NCBI GenBank assembly: GCA_965205505.1
Contig: CBDBHB010000009.1
Coordinates: forward strand, 128,001-192,000
Source: Acidobacteriota bacterium
GTDB taxonomy: Bacteria; Acidobacteriota; UBA890; WLXD01
Direction of reading: 5' to 3'
Length of the DNA: 64,000 nt
Shown piece after piece: positions 10,534 through 20,532 of this stretch. Within the stretch, counting starts at the first letter, position 1; each line of letters begins with the position of its first letter. The translations under genes were made by a program, and so were the position numbers. The notes below the pieces were generated by a model that saw nothing but the letters and a program-made list of their open reading frames with translations, did not search any database and was not told the origin of the DNA.

Positions 10534-12369
10534 TCAGGGCCAGACGGCCCTGAGCACCTGACTTCGTTCCTCGGTCAGGATCGGTACGTGACCTGGCCAG
10601 GCAAGCGCCGACACGAATATATAGACCACCTCGCCGGACGTCGGCGTCCAGCTGGTGAGCGGCGCGAACTTCACGTGCGACTTCATCTGGCTCGCGACTG
10701 TCGTGGCCGGTAGGCTGGAGCCCAAGCTCTTGCATATGCCCCCAGGCACCTGCCACTCGAAGATGGCCGCGTACCAGGTGCCGTTGACGTTGGCGATGAC
10801 CCAGGTGTTGGCCTCTACTGTAACGCCGCTGCCGGTCTCTGCCGCGGTCGGCCACTTGCCGGCCTTCGTGTGCGGCATGCAGATCTCACCCGCAGAGATC
10901 GACACGCTGGTGAGCGTGGAGGTAATCGGCCAGCCGCTGATGTTGTAGTTCAGGAAGACGACCTGCGACAGGTCGATCTCGTCCGGGGAGCCGCCACCAC
11001 CATCGCCGCCACCACCATCGCCGCCGCCGCCATCGCCGCCGCCACCATCGTCCTCGATCTTGACAACTACCTTCAGCGTGCCGGACGCGGCGCGCCCGGC
11101 ATCGTCCTGGAAGGTGATGCGTGCCGTGTAGGTTCCTTCGTTGACGTAGGTGTGCGTCGCTTCGGCCGAGCCCCCGGTGACTGCTCCGGTGACGGTTGCT
11201 CCATCGCCGTAATCAAGCGTCGCCGTCCCGTTCGGCGCGGCACCGTTGCTCAGCCTGGCCGCAATGGTGAAGACGGTCGGTTCCCCAACGAAGCCAACGT
11301 CGGCAGTCAGGTCGATGTCCGCAGTCAAGCGCGGCTCGACCCGGATACGTACGTCAGACTGTCCGCCCTTGCCGTTCGGAGCGGTCACTGAAGCAACCAC
11401 ACGGTAGTTGCCGGGCTCACGGAACGTGTGCTCAACAGAGGTCGACCCGGTGATCTCGCCGACGTTCGTGCCGCGTCCGTCGCCCCAATCGATGGTCACG
11501 TTGCCGCTCGCTTGTGGGAGCCGCGCTCGATCTAGTGCGACTCTGAAGCTCAGAGGTTCGCGCGCGTATGTCTGGAGGGCGGCCGCAGACAGCAAGATGG
11601 CGGTTTCAGTGCTGTCGTTGACGCGCAGCGAGACCGTCTTGCTGCTCACCTCGCCGCCGCCAGTAAAGAGCGATGTCACTACATTGAAGAAAGACGCTTC
11701 TCGATAGCTGTGCTCGACGGTCGCACGACGCCTGAAGTCGGGAATACGGGTCGCCTTGCCGTCGCCGAACTCGACCTTCAGCGCACCCTCTGCGGCACTG
11801 CCGTCCTCGTTGGTGGCGATCACCTTGATTTGCACCGGTTCGTTGAGCTCGGCCGGTCTGGGCGTGAACTCGATCACGAAATGCACTTTGCCGGTTGGCA
11901 CCACCTCGTCGCCCACCTCCAGACGGCCAGGGGTCGATTCCGTCAATACGATTCCGGCTGCCATGATGGCGGCAGTTATCTCTGTGGTTGCGGTAGTGTG
12001 AAGCGTGACGCGCGCTTTACCATCGGCGTCGGTGTTGGCTGTGTTTCCGGCGGGGAAATCCCCAACGGTCGCCGAGAAGGTGACAAGAATTTCGGATTCG
12101 GGCACCTCGGCCACTAGCACCGTGGCCTCGACCTCGATGTCACCACCGCCTTCGGACAGCGAGCTCGGCGTTATCGACAGCGTGATCGTGCGCTGAAGGT
12201 CGCCGGTCGCCGGCTCCGTGAGGTTCTCGAAGATCTGGCATCCGGACAGCGCCATCGCCAGTGAACCGAACAAGAGCAGCCGAACCGGGGTCCCTGAGAA
12301 AGACGCCCGTCGTCCGGTTTGATTCAGAGAGCCCACAGCTACGATCCCCCAGCCATCCCAAAATATCAA
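10534..12369 (-). CDS. PKD/Ig-like repeat lipoprotein
   Basis: LAMALSGC lipobox, Big-1-like TDADGKA, three (F/W/Y)GDG...H.(Y/F)...G/S.(Y/F) PKD repeats, Gly linker, Trp/Cys C-terminal domain; true start probably downstream of 12369. Confidence 0.8.
   Translation of the reverse strand: MIFWDGWGIVAVGSLNQTGRRASFSGTPVRLLLFGSLAMALSGCQIFENLTEPATGDLQRTITLSITPSSLSEGGGDIEVEATVLVAEVPESEILVTFSATVGDFPAGNTANTDADGKARVTLHTTATTEITAAIMAAGIVLTESTPGRLEVGDEVVPTGKVHFVIEFTPRPAELNEPVQIKVIATNEDGSAAEGALKVEFGDGKATRIPDFRRRATVEHSYREASFFNVVTSLFTGGGEVSSKTVSLRVNDSTETAILLSAAALQTYAREPLSFRVALDRARLPQASGNVTIDWGDGRGTNVGEITGSTSVEHTFREPGNYRVVASVTAPNGKGGQSDVRIRVEPRLTADIDLTADVGFVGEPTVFTIAARLSNGAAPNGTATLDYGDGATVTGAVTGGSAEATHTYVNEGTYTARITFQDDAGRAASGTLKVVVKIEDDGGGGDGGGGDGGGGDGGGGSPDEIDLSQVVFLNYNISGWPITSTLTSVSISAGEICMPHTKAGKWPTAAETGSGVTVEANTWVIANVNGTWYAAIFEWQVPGGICKSLGSSLPATTVASQMKSHVKFAPLTSWTPTSGEVVYIFVSALAWPGHVPILTEERSQVLRAVWP
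10991..11050. repeat. 4 x 15-bp tandem repeat encoding (DGGGG)4 linker
   Basis: ccgccaccaccatcg x2, ccgccgccgccatcg, ccgccgccaccatcg. Confidence 0.9.
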
Positions 12370-12480
12370 AAGTAGTATGAAACTTAACTAACCCCTTGAT
12401 TAGCATAGCAAATTAGTATTAGTTATCGTTAAGTATCTGCCGATATCTGAAGATATCAACGAAAGTCAGGGATCCTCGAC
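12360..12480. promoter_or_regulatory. AT-rich divergent promoter region between PKD gene and rfbB operon
   Basis: Conspicuously AT-rich stretch (aaattagtattagttatcgttaagtat) in GC-rich DNA between divergent genes. Confidence 0.5.
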
Positions 12481-12689
12481 AGCGTACAAATGGGACCCGA
12501 GGAGCACCTTGCTCGCGCTTCGCCTGGTGTCGCCGCCGGGCAGCGCCAGCCGTACGTGTCGCGGTTACCGGCGAGGCGCTGACACGCGCGCAGCCGATCC
12601 TCGCGCCCGACTGGTAGGATTCTTGCGCCCACCTACCCGCGTCTGGTCGAGCCCGACGCGCTACCGACCACGATTCCGCTGGCTCGCCG

Positions 12690-13793
12690 ATGTCCGTACG
12701 AAGACTTCTCGTCACCGGAGGTGCCGGGTTCATCGGCGCCAATTTCGTGCATCGTTGGTGCGGCCAGCATCCCGACGATCGCATCGTGGTGGTGGATGCG
12801 CTTACCTACGCCGGCAATCGCGACACCCTGAGGTCCCTCGACCACAACCCCGGCTTTCGGTTCGTCCAGGCTGATATCACCGAGCTGACTACGATACGGG
12901 AGATCCTGCGTGAGGAATCGATCGACACGCTGGTGCATTTCGCTGCCGAATCGCATGTGGATCGATCGATCGAGGGTCCGGGAGAGTTCGTTCGTACGAA
13001 CCTGGTCGGCACCTGGACGCTCCTGGAGGCGGCGCGGAGCGAGTGGATCGAAGCGCAGCCACGCGAGCATCGGTTCCACCACGTATCCACCGACGAAGTG
13101 TACGGCAGCCTCGGCAGCGATGACCCGGCGTTCAGCGAGATCAACCGATACGAGCCTAACTCGCCCTATGCAGCTAGCAAGGCAGGCTCAGATCACTTGG
13201 TTCGAGCTTACCTCCATACGTACGGGCTCCAGGTCACGACCAGCAACTGCTCCAACAACTACGGTCCCTACCAGTTCCCCGAGAAGCTCATTCCGCTGAT
13301 GATCGTCAACCTGCTCGCCGGAAAGGAGCTCCCGGTGTACGGCGACGGCATGAACGTGCGCGACTGGCTACACGTAGACGATCACTGTGCCGGCATCGAG
13401 CGCATCCTGGAGGGCGGGCGCGTTGGGGAGACCTACAACATCGGCGGCGGCAACGAGTGGCGAAACATCGACCTCGTGCGGTTGCTTTGCCGTTTGATGG
13501 ATGAGGAGCTCGCGTCCGACGCGGCGCTGGCGCAACGGTTCCCCGATTGCGCGCCATCGAGCGGCGGGAGCTGCGCGGATGGCATTCGCTTCGTGCGCGA
13601 TCGCCCCGGTCACGATTGGCGCTACGCGATCGACAGCTCGAAGCTTCACCGAGAGCTCGCGTTCACGGCTTCTACGCTGTTCGAGGACGGCCTCCGCGCC
13701 ACCCTACGGTGGTACCTCGACAACGAGGACTGGTGGAGAGCCATCCTCGACGGTAGCTACCGCGAGTGGGTCGCCAAGCAATACCAGGAATGA
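12690..13793 (+). CDS. rfbB: dTDP-glucose 4,6-dehydratase
   Basis: GGAGFIG, HFAAESHVDRSI, HVSTDEVYG, YAASK, NNYGPYQFPEKLIP, DRPGHD. Confidence 0.97.
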   Translation: MSVRRLLVTGGAGFIGANFVHRWCGQHPDDRIVVVDALTYAGNRDTLRSLDHNPGFRFVQADITELTTIREILREESIDTLVHFAAESHVDRSIEGPGEFVRTNLVGTWTLLEAARSEWIEAQPREHRFHHVSTDEVYGSLGSDDPAFSEINRYEPNSPYAASKAGSDHLVRAYLHTYGLQVTTSNCSNNYGPYQFPEKLIPLMIVNLLAGKELPVYGDGMNVRDWLHVDDHCAGIERILEGGRVGETYNIGGGNEWRNIDLVRLLCRLMDEELASDAALAQRFPDCAPSSGGSCADGIRFVRDRPGHDWRYAIDSSKLHRELAFTASTLFEDGLRATLRWYLDNEDWWRAILDGSYREWVAKQYQE

Positions 13794-15502
13794 AACGCTG
13801 CCCGAACGAGTTACAGGCGCGGCAATACGACGTTCTGATCGTCGGTGCCGGCATCACCGGCGCCTGTCTTGCGTTCGATGCAGCCCTGAGGGGGCTGACG
13901 GTCGCTCTTGTCGACAAGGGCGACTTCGGCGCCGCGACCTCGGCGGCGTCGTCCAAGCTTCTACACGGCGGCCTGCGCTACCTTCAGCAGCTGCGCTTCG
14001 ACAAAGTACGCGAATCGGCACAGGAGCGAATCTACTTTCAGAACCTGGCGCCGCACTTGACGCACTACGTGCCCTTCGTGGTGCCGACATACCGCGGCAT
14101 CTCCAAGAGCAAGACGCTGCTGAACGCCGGGATGCTGCTGTACACGATCCTGTGCGCCGGCCATCGCCGCCTGCTGCGTGATCCGGGCAAGCGCGTGCCG
14201 GCGGGCAGCGGACTGCGGCCCGCGCAGGTCGTCGCGAGGATTCCGGGTCTTGCGTCTACCGGTTTGTCCGGCGGCCGCTTGTTTCACGAGAGCCACATGC
14301 TTAGCTCGGAGCGCATGACCCTGGCCTTTGTCGACAGCGCCTCCCGCGCTGGCGCTGTCGTGGCCAACTACATTGCCGCAGATCGCTTCCTGGTGGCCGG
14401 CGACAGGGTTTGCGGCGTCGAGGCAACCGATCGCATCGGCAGCGGCTTCGGCGAAGGCAGCGGCGATACGTTCGAGATTCGCGCCAGCATAGTAGTGAAC
14501 GCCGCCGGCCCGTGGATCGGGCGGCTGAACGCTCAGCTCGAGACCCGCTCCGTCACGCCGATACTGACCGGGGTGTCGAAGGGCACCCACATCGTGACAC
14601 CGGCGCTGACCGACGGCTGCGCGGTGGCGCTTCCGACGCGGCGACCGAGTCAGTCGGTAATCCATCGAGGCGGGCGCCACGTGTTCATTATCCCGTGGCG
14701 TGGACACTCGCTCATCGGTACGACGTACGGGCCCTACCACGGCGACCTCGACGATCTGCGGCCCACTGCCGATGACGCCCAGGAGCTAATCGGCGAGATC
14801 AATTCGGCACTCGGGCCTGGCACGCTGTCGCTGTCCGACGTGCGCTATGCGTTCGCGGGTCTGTACCCGTTGGCCGAGGAAGAGATCCGGCCCACCGTCT
14901 ACCAAGGTACCGGCGACTACCGCGTCGTCAACCACGAGGAGACCGACGGCGTCGCGGGGTTGTTCTCCGTTCTCGGTGCCAAATACACCACCGCTCGGTT
15001 GTTGGCGGAGCGTGCCGTAGACTGCATTGTCGCCAGTCTGGGCAAAGGCGCCGCATCTGGGCGAACGCGCCAGGTAAGCCTGGCGTCGGGCGACATTCCG
15101 GACCTCGAGCAGTTCCGCGAGGTTCAACGCAAGCGCCACGCCGAGTTGCCGGAGGCGACCGTAGATCACTTGGTGAACAGCTACGGCACCGACTGTGGTG
15201 CGGTGGTGTCGCTGGCTGAATCGGCCGCTGGGCTCGGCGACTGCCTCGCCGCAGATCGCGGCGTGATCGCCGCTGAGGCAGTTTGGGCAGCGCGTTCAGA
15301 GATGGCCTGCCACCTTGACGACTTCGTCTTTCGGCGCTCCGGCCTCGGTACGCTCGGTCATCCTGGCTCGGAGTCGCTCGATCGGGCAGCGTCACTCATG
15401 GGTGCCGAGCTGGGATGGGATCCGGTGCGCCGATCGGCGGAGCTCGAGCACGTGGTGCGACAATTCCCCGACTATCGCGGTCTGGAACGCGGCCCTCAAT
15501 GA
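13790..15502 (+). CDS. FAD-dependent glycerol-3-phosphate dehydrogenase/oxidase family protein
   Basis: IVGAGITG, DFGAATSAASSKLLHGGLRYL, NAAGPW, GAKYTT, C-terminal LDDF..RR; ATGA overlap with rfbB. Confidence 0.85.
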   Translation: MKRCPNELQARQYDVLIVGAGITGACLAFDAALRGLTVALVDKGDFGAATSAASSKLLHGGLRYLQQLRFDKVRESAQERIYFQNLAPHLTHYVPFVVPTYRGISKSKTLLNAGMLLYTILCAGHRRLLRDPGKRVPAGSGLRPAQVVARIPGLASTGLSGGRLFHESHMLSSERMTLAFVDSASRAGAVVANYIAADRFLVAGDRVCGVEATDRIGSGFGEGSGDTFEIRASIVVNAAGPWIGRLNAQLETRSVTPILTGVSKGTHIVTPALTDGCAVALPTRRPSQSVIHRGGRHVFIIPWRGHSLIGTTYGPYHGDLDDLRPTADDAQELIGEINSALGPGTLSLSDVRYAFAGLYPLAEEEIRPTVYQGTGDYRVVNHEETDGVAGLFSVLGAKYTTARLLAERAVDCIVASLGKGAASGRTRQVSLASGDIPDLEQFREVQRKRHAELPEATVDHLVNSYGTDCGAVVSLAESAAGLGDCLAADRGVIAAEAVWAARSEMACHLDDFVFRRSGLGTLGHPGSESLDRAASLMGAELGWDPVRRSAELEHVVRQFPDYRGLERGPQ

Positions 15503-16713
15503 GATCCGGAGACCGCCGCTCGACCACCGCCCCGATGCGTGTCCTGCACATCGGCCCGACACCTTTCTTTTCCGACCGCGGCTGTCATATCCGCATCGAC
15601 GGCCTGATCCGCGCGCTGCAGCGAAGCAGCCTGGAGTGCTGGCTGTGTACCTACCAGCATGGTCGCGACGTGGAGGGAATCGATACCGAGCGCATCCGGC
15701 GAGTTCCCGGATACGACCGCGTTGACGCGGGTCCGTCGCCGTTCAAGTACGTCGCCGATGTGCTGCTGTTCTTCAAAGTGTGCGGTTCGATCGCGCGCCG
15801 TCGGCCCGACGTATTGCACGGCCACCTCCACGAGGGCGCCTTGATCGGGTGGGCCGCCCGAACGATGTTTTTCTGGCGCCGTCTGCCGTTGGTCTTCGAT
15901 ATGCAGGGCAGTCTGACGGGCGAGCTCGAGGCGCACGGTTATTTCAATCGTCTGCGGCTGCTGCGCTGGTTGTTCGAGCGTGCCGAATGGCTCATCGATC
16001 GGCTCCCGGAGCACATCGTCTGCTCTTCGCCGAGCAGCCTCGAGATCACCCGCGATCGCTTCGGTGTGCCTGCCGCGCGCCTGCATCTCGTTGCCGACGG
16101 GGTCGACGTACAGGCGCCGTCCGCGGTGTCCGTGGATCGGTTGCGCCACCAGCTGGGGCTGCCCGCAGGCCTGCCGGTGGTCGTCTACTCTGGCTCCCTA
16201 CTGGCGGTGAAAGGAGTGGAGGCTCTGCACGCCGCGATCCTGCGCTCGGCGGAGCGCGACCTGCCGGTGCATTTCCTCGTCATCGGTTATCCGACAGGCG
16301 AGACTGCAGCATTCCTCCGCTCACAGGGGCTCGAATCCCGCTGCACGATTACGGGGCGAGTTGAGTTCGAGACCATCGCCGAGTATCTGGCGCTCGCCAA
16401 TGCGGCGCTCGAGCCCAAGGAGAGCGATAGTGGCGAAGCCAGCGGCAAGCTGCTCAACTACATGGCGGCCAGCCTGCCGGTGGCCTGTTTCGACACACCC
16501 AACAACCGTGTCATATTGGCAGATAGTGGCTGCTATGCTTCCTCGGGCTCGGTCGACCAGCTTGTCGACTGCATCGAGACCCTGACCACATCGCCTCAAC
16601 TCGCGAGTGAGCTCGGCGAGCGTGGTCGGGCGCGAGCGCGAGCCGAGTTCTCCTGGGACGCTTCCGCTGCAGCCCTGCGGCGCATCTATGGCGCCCGACG
16701 CATCGAGACCTGA
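15499..16713 (+). CDS. glycosyltransferase family 4
   Basis: PTPFFSDRGCHIRI, PDVLHGH, KLLNYMAASLPV, FSW; ATGA overlap at 15499. Confidence 0.9.
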   Translation: MRSGDRRSTTAPMRVLHIGPTPFFSDRGCHIRIDGLIRALQRSSLECWLCTYQHGRDVEGIDTERIRRVPGYDRVDAGPSPFKYVADVLLFFKVCGSIARRRPDVLHGHLHEGALIGWAARTMFFWRRLPLVFDMQGSLTGELEAHGYFNRLRLLRWLFERAEWLIDRLPEHIVCSSPSSLEITRDRFGVPAARLHLVADGVDVQAPSAVSVDRLRHQLGLPAGLPVVVYSGSLLAVKGVEALHAAILRSAERDLPVHFLVIGYPTGETAAFLRSQGLESRCTITGRVEFETIAEYLALANAALEPKESDSGEASGKLLNYMAASLPVACFDTPNNRVILADSGCYASSGSVDQLVDCIETLTTSPQLASELGERGRARARAEFSWDASAAALRRIYGARRIET

Positions 16714-17702
16714 TGACGATGAGAATCTTGGTCACCGGTGGCACCGGGTTTACCGGCAAGGCACTGGTCAAACGGCTGCTCGACGACGGACACGAGGTGG
16801 TGGCGCTCGACTACAAGGAAGGCGTCAGAACGCAAGAGCTCCATGACTGGGGTGCCGAGGTAGTGATCGGTAGCGTGACCGACGCAGACACGGTGGCGCG
16901 CTGCACCCAAGGCGTGGACATTGTCCACCATCTGGCGGCTGCCTTCCGCGAGCTCGACGTGCCGAACAGCTACTACGACGAGGTCAACGTCGGGGGCACG
17001 CGCACCGTACTCGAGGCGTCGCTGCGACACAGCGTCAAGAAGCTCATCTACTGCAGTACGTGCGGTGTGCACGGCAACGTGGACGATCCTCCCGCAGCCG
17101 AGGACGCGCCGATCAACGCTGCCGACTACTACCAGCAGACCAAGTACAACGCTGAGCCTGTTGTGCTCGAGTATCCGTCGCGCGGGCTACCAACCGTCAT
17201 CTTACGGCCGGCGGCGATCTACGGCCCGGGCGACCCGGAACGCTTCTTCATGATCTTCCGCCGGGTCGCCAACGGCTCCTTTCCGATGTTCGGCGATGGT
17301 CGCACCCTCTACCATCCGTTGTACATCGACAGCCTGGTCGATGCCTTGGTGTTGGCACAGGAGCCAGGCAAAGGCGATGGTGAGGCCTACCTGATCGCCG
17401 ACGCAGAGTACGTATCGATCGAGGATCTCGTACGCGCGGTGGGCGGAGCCATGGACGTCGATGTAAAGATTCGCCACTTCCCGGTGTGGCCGCTGGTGAT
17501 CGCCGGCCACGTTTTCGAGAAGGTCTGCAAGCCGTTCCACATTGCCCCGCCGATCTTTCCCCGGCGCGTCGATTGGTACCGGCAGAACCGTGCCTTCGAT
17601 ATCTCCAAGGCGCGTCGCGATCTCGGTTACGCTCCGAGCGTAGATCTCGATGAGGGCTTGCGCCGAACCGCGGACTGGTACCGGGACGAGGGTTATCTCT
17701 AG
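16713..17702 (+). CDS. NAD-dependent epimerase/dehydratase
   Basis: TGGTGFTG, YQQTK (YxxxK), RPAAIYGPGD. Confidence 0.9.
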   Translation: MTMRILVTGGTGFTGKALVKRLLDDGHEVVALDYKEGVRTQELHDWGAEVVIGSVTDADTVARCTQGVDIVHHLAAAFRELDVPNSYYDEVNVGGTRTVLEASLRHSVKKLIYCSTCGVHGNVDDPPAAEDAPINAADYYQQTKYNAEPVVLEYPSRGLPTVILRPAAIYGPGDPERFFMIFRRVANGSFPMFGDGRTLYHPLYIDSLVDALVLAQEPGKGDGEAYLIADAEYVSIEDLVRAVGGAMDVDVKIRHFPVWPLVIAGHVFEKVCKPFHIAPPIFPRRVDWYRQNRAFDISKARRDLGYAPSVDLDEGLRRTADWYRDEGYL

Positions 17703-17706
17703 CGCA

Positions 17707-19659
17707 ATGTGCGGCATCACCGGCATCCTGACCCGCGATCACCACGATGTAGTGGGGCCGATGACAGAGGCGCTGTCGCATCGAGGGCCCGACGGCAACG
17801 GCTTCTTCCGCGACGCATCGGTGGCGCTGGGACACAGGCGCCTGAGCATCATCGATGTCGACGGCGGTGCGCAGCCCATCGCCAACGAGGACGGCAGCAT
17901 CCAGATGGTGTCCAACGGCGAGATCTACAACTCGCCGGCGCTGCGCCAGCAACTCGAGACCGCGGGGCACGTATTCCGCACTCATACGGACGTTGAGACC
18001 ATCCTCCACCTGTATGAGGACCACGGTCCCGACTGCGTGAAACACTTGCGCGGCCAGTTCGCGTTCGCAATCTGGGATGGCCCCCGGCGCCGGCTCGTGC
18101 TGGCCCGCGATCACATGGGCCAGAAGCCGCTATTCTTTGCTCAGGTCAACGGCCAGCTGTTGTTCGCCAGCGAGATCAAGGCGTTGCTTGCCTCGGGACT
18201 CGTCGATCGGCGCCCGGATCTGAACGCCCTCTGGCACTATACGTCGCTGCGATTCATCCCCGACCGGTACTCGCTCTTCGAGGGAATCCAGAAACTGCCC
18301 GCAGCGTCGCGGTTGATCTGGCAGGACGAAAAGATCGAGATCGATAGGTACTGGAGCTTCGATTTCAGCAACAAGCTCGAAGCGAGCGAGACGGAGGTGG
18401 CCGACCGTCTCGAGGAGCTGCTGCTCGAGACCGTTCAGATGCACATGCTCAGCGACGTGCCGGTCGGCGCTTTCCTGAGCGGTGGGATCGACTCGAGCCT
18501 GATCGCGGCGATGATGTCGAAGGTCGGGAGTGCCTCCATTCCCACCTTCTCCATCGGCGTGCAGGAGCAGGACTACAACGAGCTGCCGTACGCGCGCATG
18601 GTGAACGAGCAGTACGGGCTGGCGGCCAACGAGCGCATCGTCAAAGCCGACCTGATCCACCTGATGCCGAAGATGGTCTACCACCTCGATGAGCCGTCCG
18701 ATCCTTTCGGCGTTGGCGTGTACCTGGTTTCCGAGGTGGCAGCCGAGCAGGTAAAGGTGGTGCTCTCGGGCGACGGTGGCGACGAGAACTTCGCCGGCTA
18801 CGATCGCTTCGCAGGCCAACGCTTGGTCGACCTGTACTGCCTGTTGCCGGCCTTCCTGCGCCGCCAGGTCATGCGCCGCCTCATCCAGCTGGTCCCGGAG
18901 TCGTTCGGCTACAAGAGCCTGGCGCAGAAAATGTTGTGGGTAAATGAGATGTCCTTCCACGACAGCGGCGCGCGTTACGCCCATGCGATGAGCTTCCTGC
19001 GCTTTACGCCGGAGGCCAAGGAGCAGCTGTTTACCGCCGAGGCTCGCGCCAAGATCGACGACGATGACTCGGTGGCGAAGATCCTGCAGTGGTTCGACGC
19101 CGAGGGCGTGGATGATCTCGTCGATCGCATGCTCTACACCGACCTCAACACGCGCATGCCCGACCACCTGCTGCCGATCGTCGACCGGATGTCGATGGCG
19201 CATTCGCTGGAGGCACGCCCGCCGCTGATCGACTACAAGGTGGTCGAGTTTGCCGCATCGATCCCCGGAGCGATGAAGCTCCAGGGTCGCGACCTCAAGC
19301 ACATCCTGAAGGTCGTGGCGGCGCGCTACCTGCCCCGCAAGCTCATCGACCGTGAGAAGCAGGGCTTCGGTTTTCCGCTCGGCCGCTGGATGCGCACCGA
19401 CCTACAACCATTCATTCGCAACCTGTTCGCCGAATCGCGTTTCATCGATCAAGGGATCTTCGACGCGGCCCACGTGCACGGAATCATCGACGAGCACATG
19501 GCTGGCGGCGCCAATCACGACTACCGGCTGTGGATCCTGATCAATCTCGAGTTCTGGTATCGGCTGTACTTCGAGAATGAGAGCGTCGATTCGCTGCTCG
19601 AGCTCACCGACCGGTTGTCGAGCGCTGCGCCCCATGGCTCCGCCAGAGCGACGGCATAG
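17707..19659 (+). CDS. asnB: asparagine synthase (glutamine-hydrolysing) family amidotransferase
   Basis: MCGITG Ntn start at 17707, HRGPD, GHRRLSIID, FLSGGIDSS, LSGDGGDE, KQGF. Confidence 0.93.
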   Translation: MCGITGILTRDHHDVVGPMTEALSHRGPDGNGFFRDASVALGHRRLSIIDVDGGAQPIANEDGSIQMVSNGEIYNSPALRQQLETAGHVFRTHTDVETILHLYEDHGPDCVKHLRGQFAFAIWDGPRRRLVLARDHMGQKPLFFAQVNGQLLFASEIKALLASGLVDRRPDLNALWHYTSLRFIPDRYSLFEGIQKLPAASRLIWQDEKIEIDRYWSFDFSNKLEASETEVADRLEELLLETVQMHMLSDVPVGAFLSGGIDSSLIAAMMSKVGSASIPTFSIGVQEQDYNELPYARMVNEQYGLAANERIVKADLIHLMPKMVYHLDEPSDPFGVGVYLVSEVAAEQVKVVLSGDGGDENFAGYDRFAGQRLVDLYCLLPAFLRRQVMRRLIQLVPESFGYKSLAQKMLWVNEMSFHDSGARYAHAMSFLRFTPEAKEQLFTAEARAKIDDDDSVAKILQWFDAEGVDDLVDRMLYTDLNTRMPDHLLPIVDRMSMAHSLEARPPLIDYKVVEFAASIPGAMKLQGRDLKHILKVVAARYLPRKLIDREKQGFGFPLGRWMRTDLQPFIRNLFAESRFIDQGIFDAAHVHGIIDEHMAGGANHDYRLWILINLEFWYRLYFENESVDSLLELTDRLSSAAPHGSARATA

Positions 19660-19737
19660 GGATCTGCGAGGAGCAGGGCGCAAGCATGTTCCACCGCGTG
19701 ACCCCCGGCAGCGGGTTCCGTTAGGGTGTTAGACACA

Positions 19738-20532
19738 ATGGCCACGCAGACGAAGACGCAGGCGACAATCACGGAGGGTGGGTCCGCGTTGCAGCGGTAC
19801 TGTCGGGTGATCGTCGGGCAGCCCGGCTGGGGCGCGCTCGTCTATTTCGAGATCTGTAGCTGGCTAGCGATCATTCCCGGCGCGCTGGGGCTGTTCCTAC
19901 GCAAGAGCCTGTGGCCGGGGCTGCTCGGCAACTGCGGCAAGGGGGTGGTGTTCGGGGTCAATGTGATCCTGCGCCATCCACACCGCATCCATCTGGGCGA
20001 GCGGGTGGTGGTGAGCGATGGATGCATTCTCGACGCTCGCAGCGAGGATGCCGCCAAGGCGATCGACATCAGCGACGACGTGATCCTGGCCAACAACGTG
20101 ACGGTCTCGTGCAAAGGAGGAACTGTGCGGATCGGGGCAGGCTCCGGGATTGGCACGCAGACCGTCATCCACGCGGTCAACCGTTGCCGCGTCGAGCTCG
20201 GAGCCGATCAGATCATCGGGCCGGGTTGCTACATCGCCGGGGGCGGTAACTACGATATCGACTGCCTCGATCTGGCGATGGCGCAGCAGGGACTGCGCGA
20301 GTCGGAGGAGGGGGTGATCCTCGAGGGCGACAACTGGCTCGGGGCGAAGGTCTCGATCCTTCCGGGAGTGACTATGGGCCGCGGTAGCGTTGCTGCGGCG
20401 GGCGCTGTGGTGACGACCTCGGTACCGCCGATGGCGGTTTGCGGCGGGGTGCCTGCCAAGGTCATCCGTAGGCGCGGACACGAGCGGCAATCCGATCCGC
20501 CCCCGCCCGCGGCGGCTGACGTCCCCGAGTGA
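19738..20532 (+). CDS. hexapeptide-repeat acyltransferase
   Basis: LbH repeats, WLGAKVSILPGVTMGRGSVAAAGAVVT, GVPAK. Confidence 0.88.
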   Translation: MATQTKTQATITEGGSALQRYCRVIVGQPGWGALVYFEICSWLAIIPGALGLFLRKSLWPGLLGNCGKGVVFGVNVILRHPHRIHLGERVVVSDGCILDARSEDAAKAIDISDDVILANNVTVSCKGGTVRIGAGSGIGTQTVIHAVNRCRVELGADQIIGPGCYIAGGGNYDIDCLDLAMAQQGLRESEEGVILEGDNWLGAKVSILPGVTMGRGSVAAAGAVVTTSVPPMAVCGGVPAKVIRRRGHERQSDPPPPAAADVPE

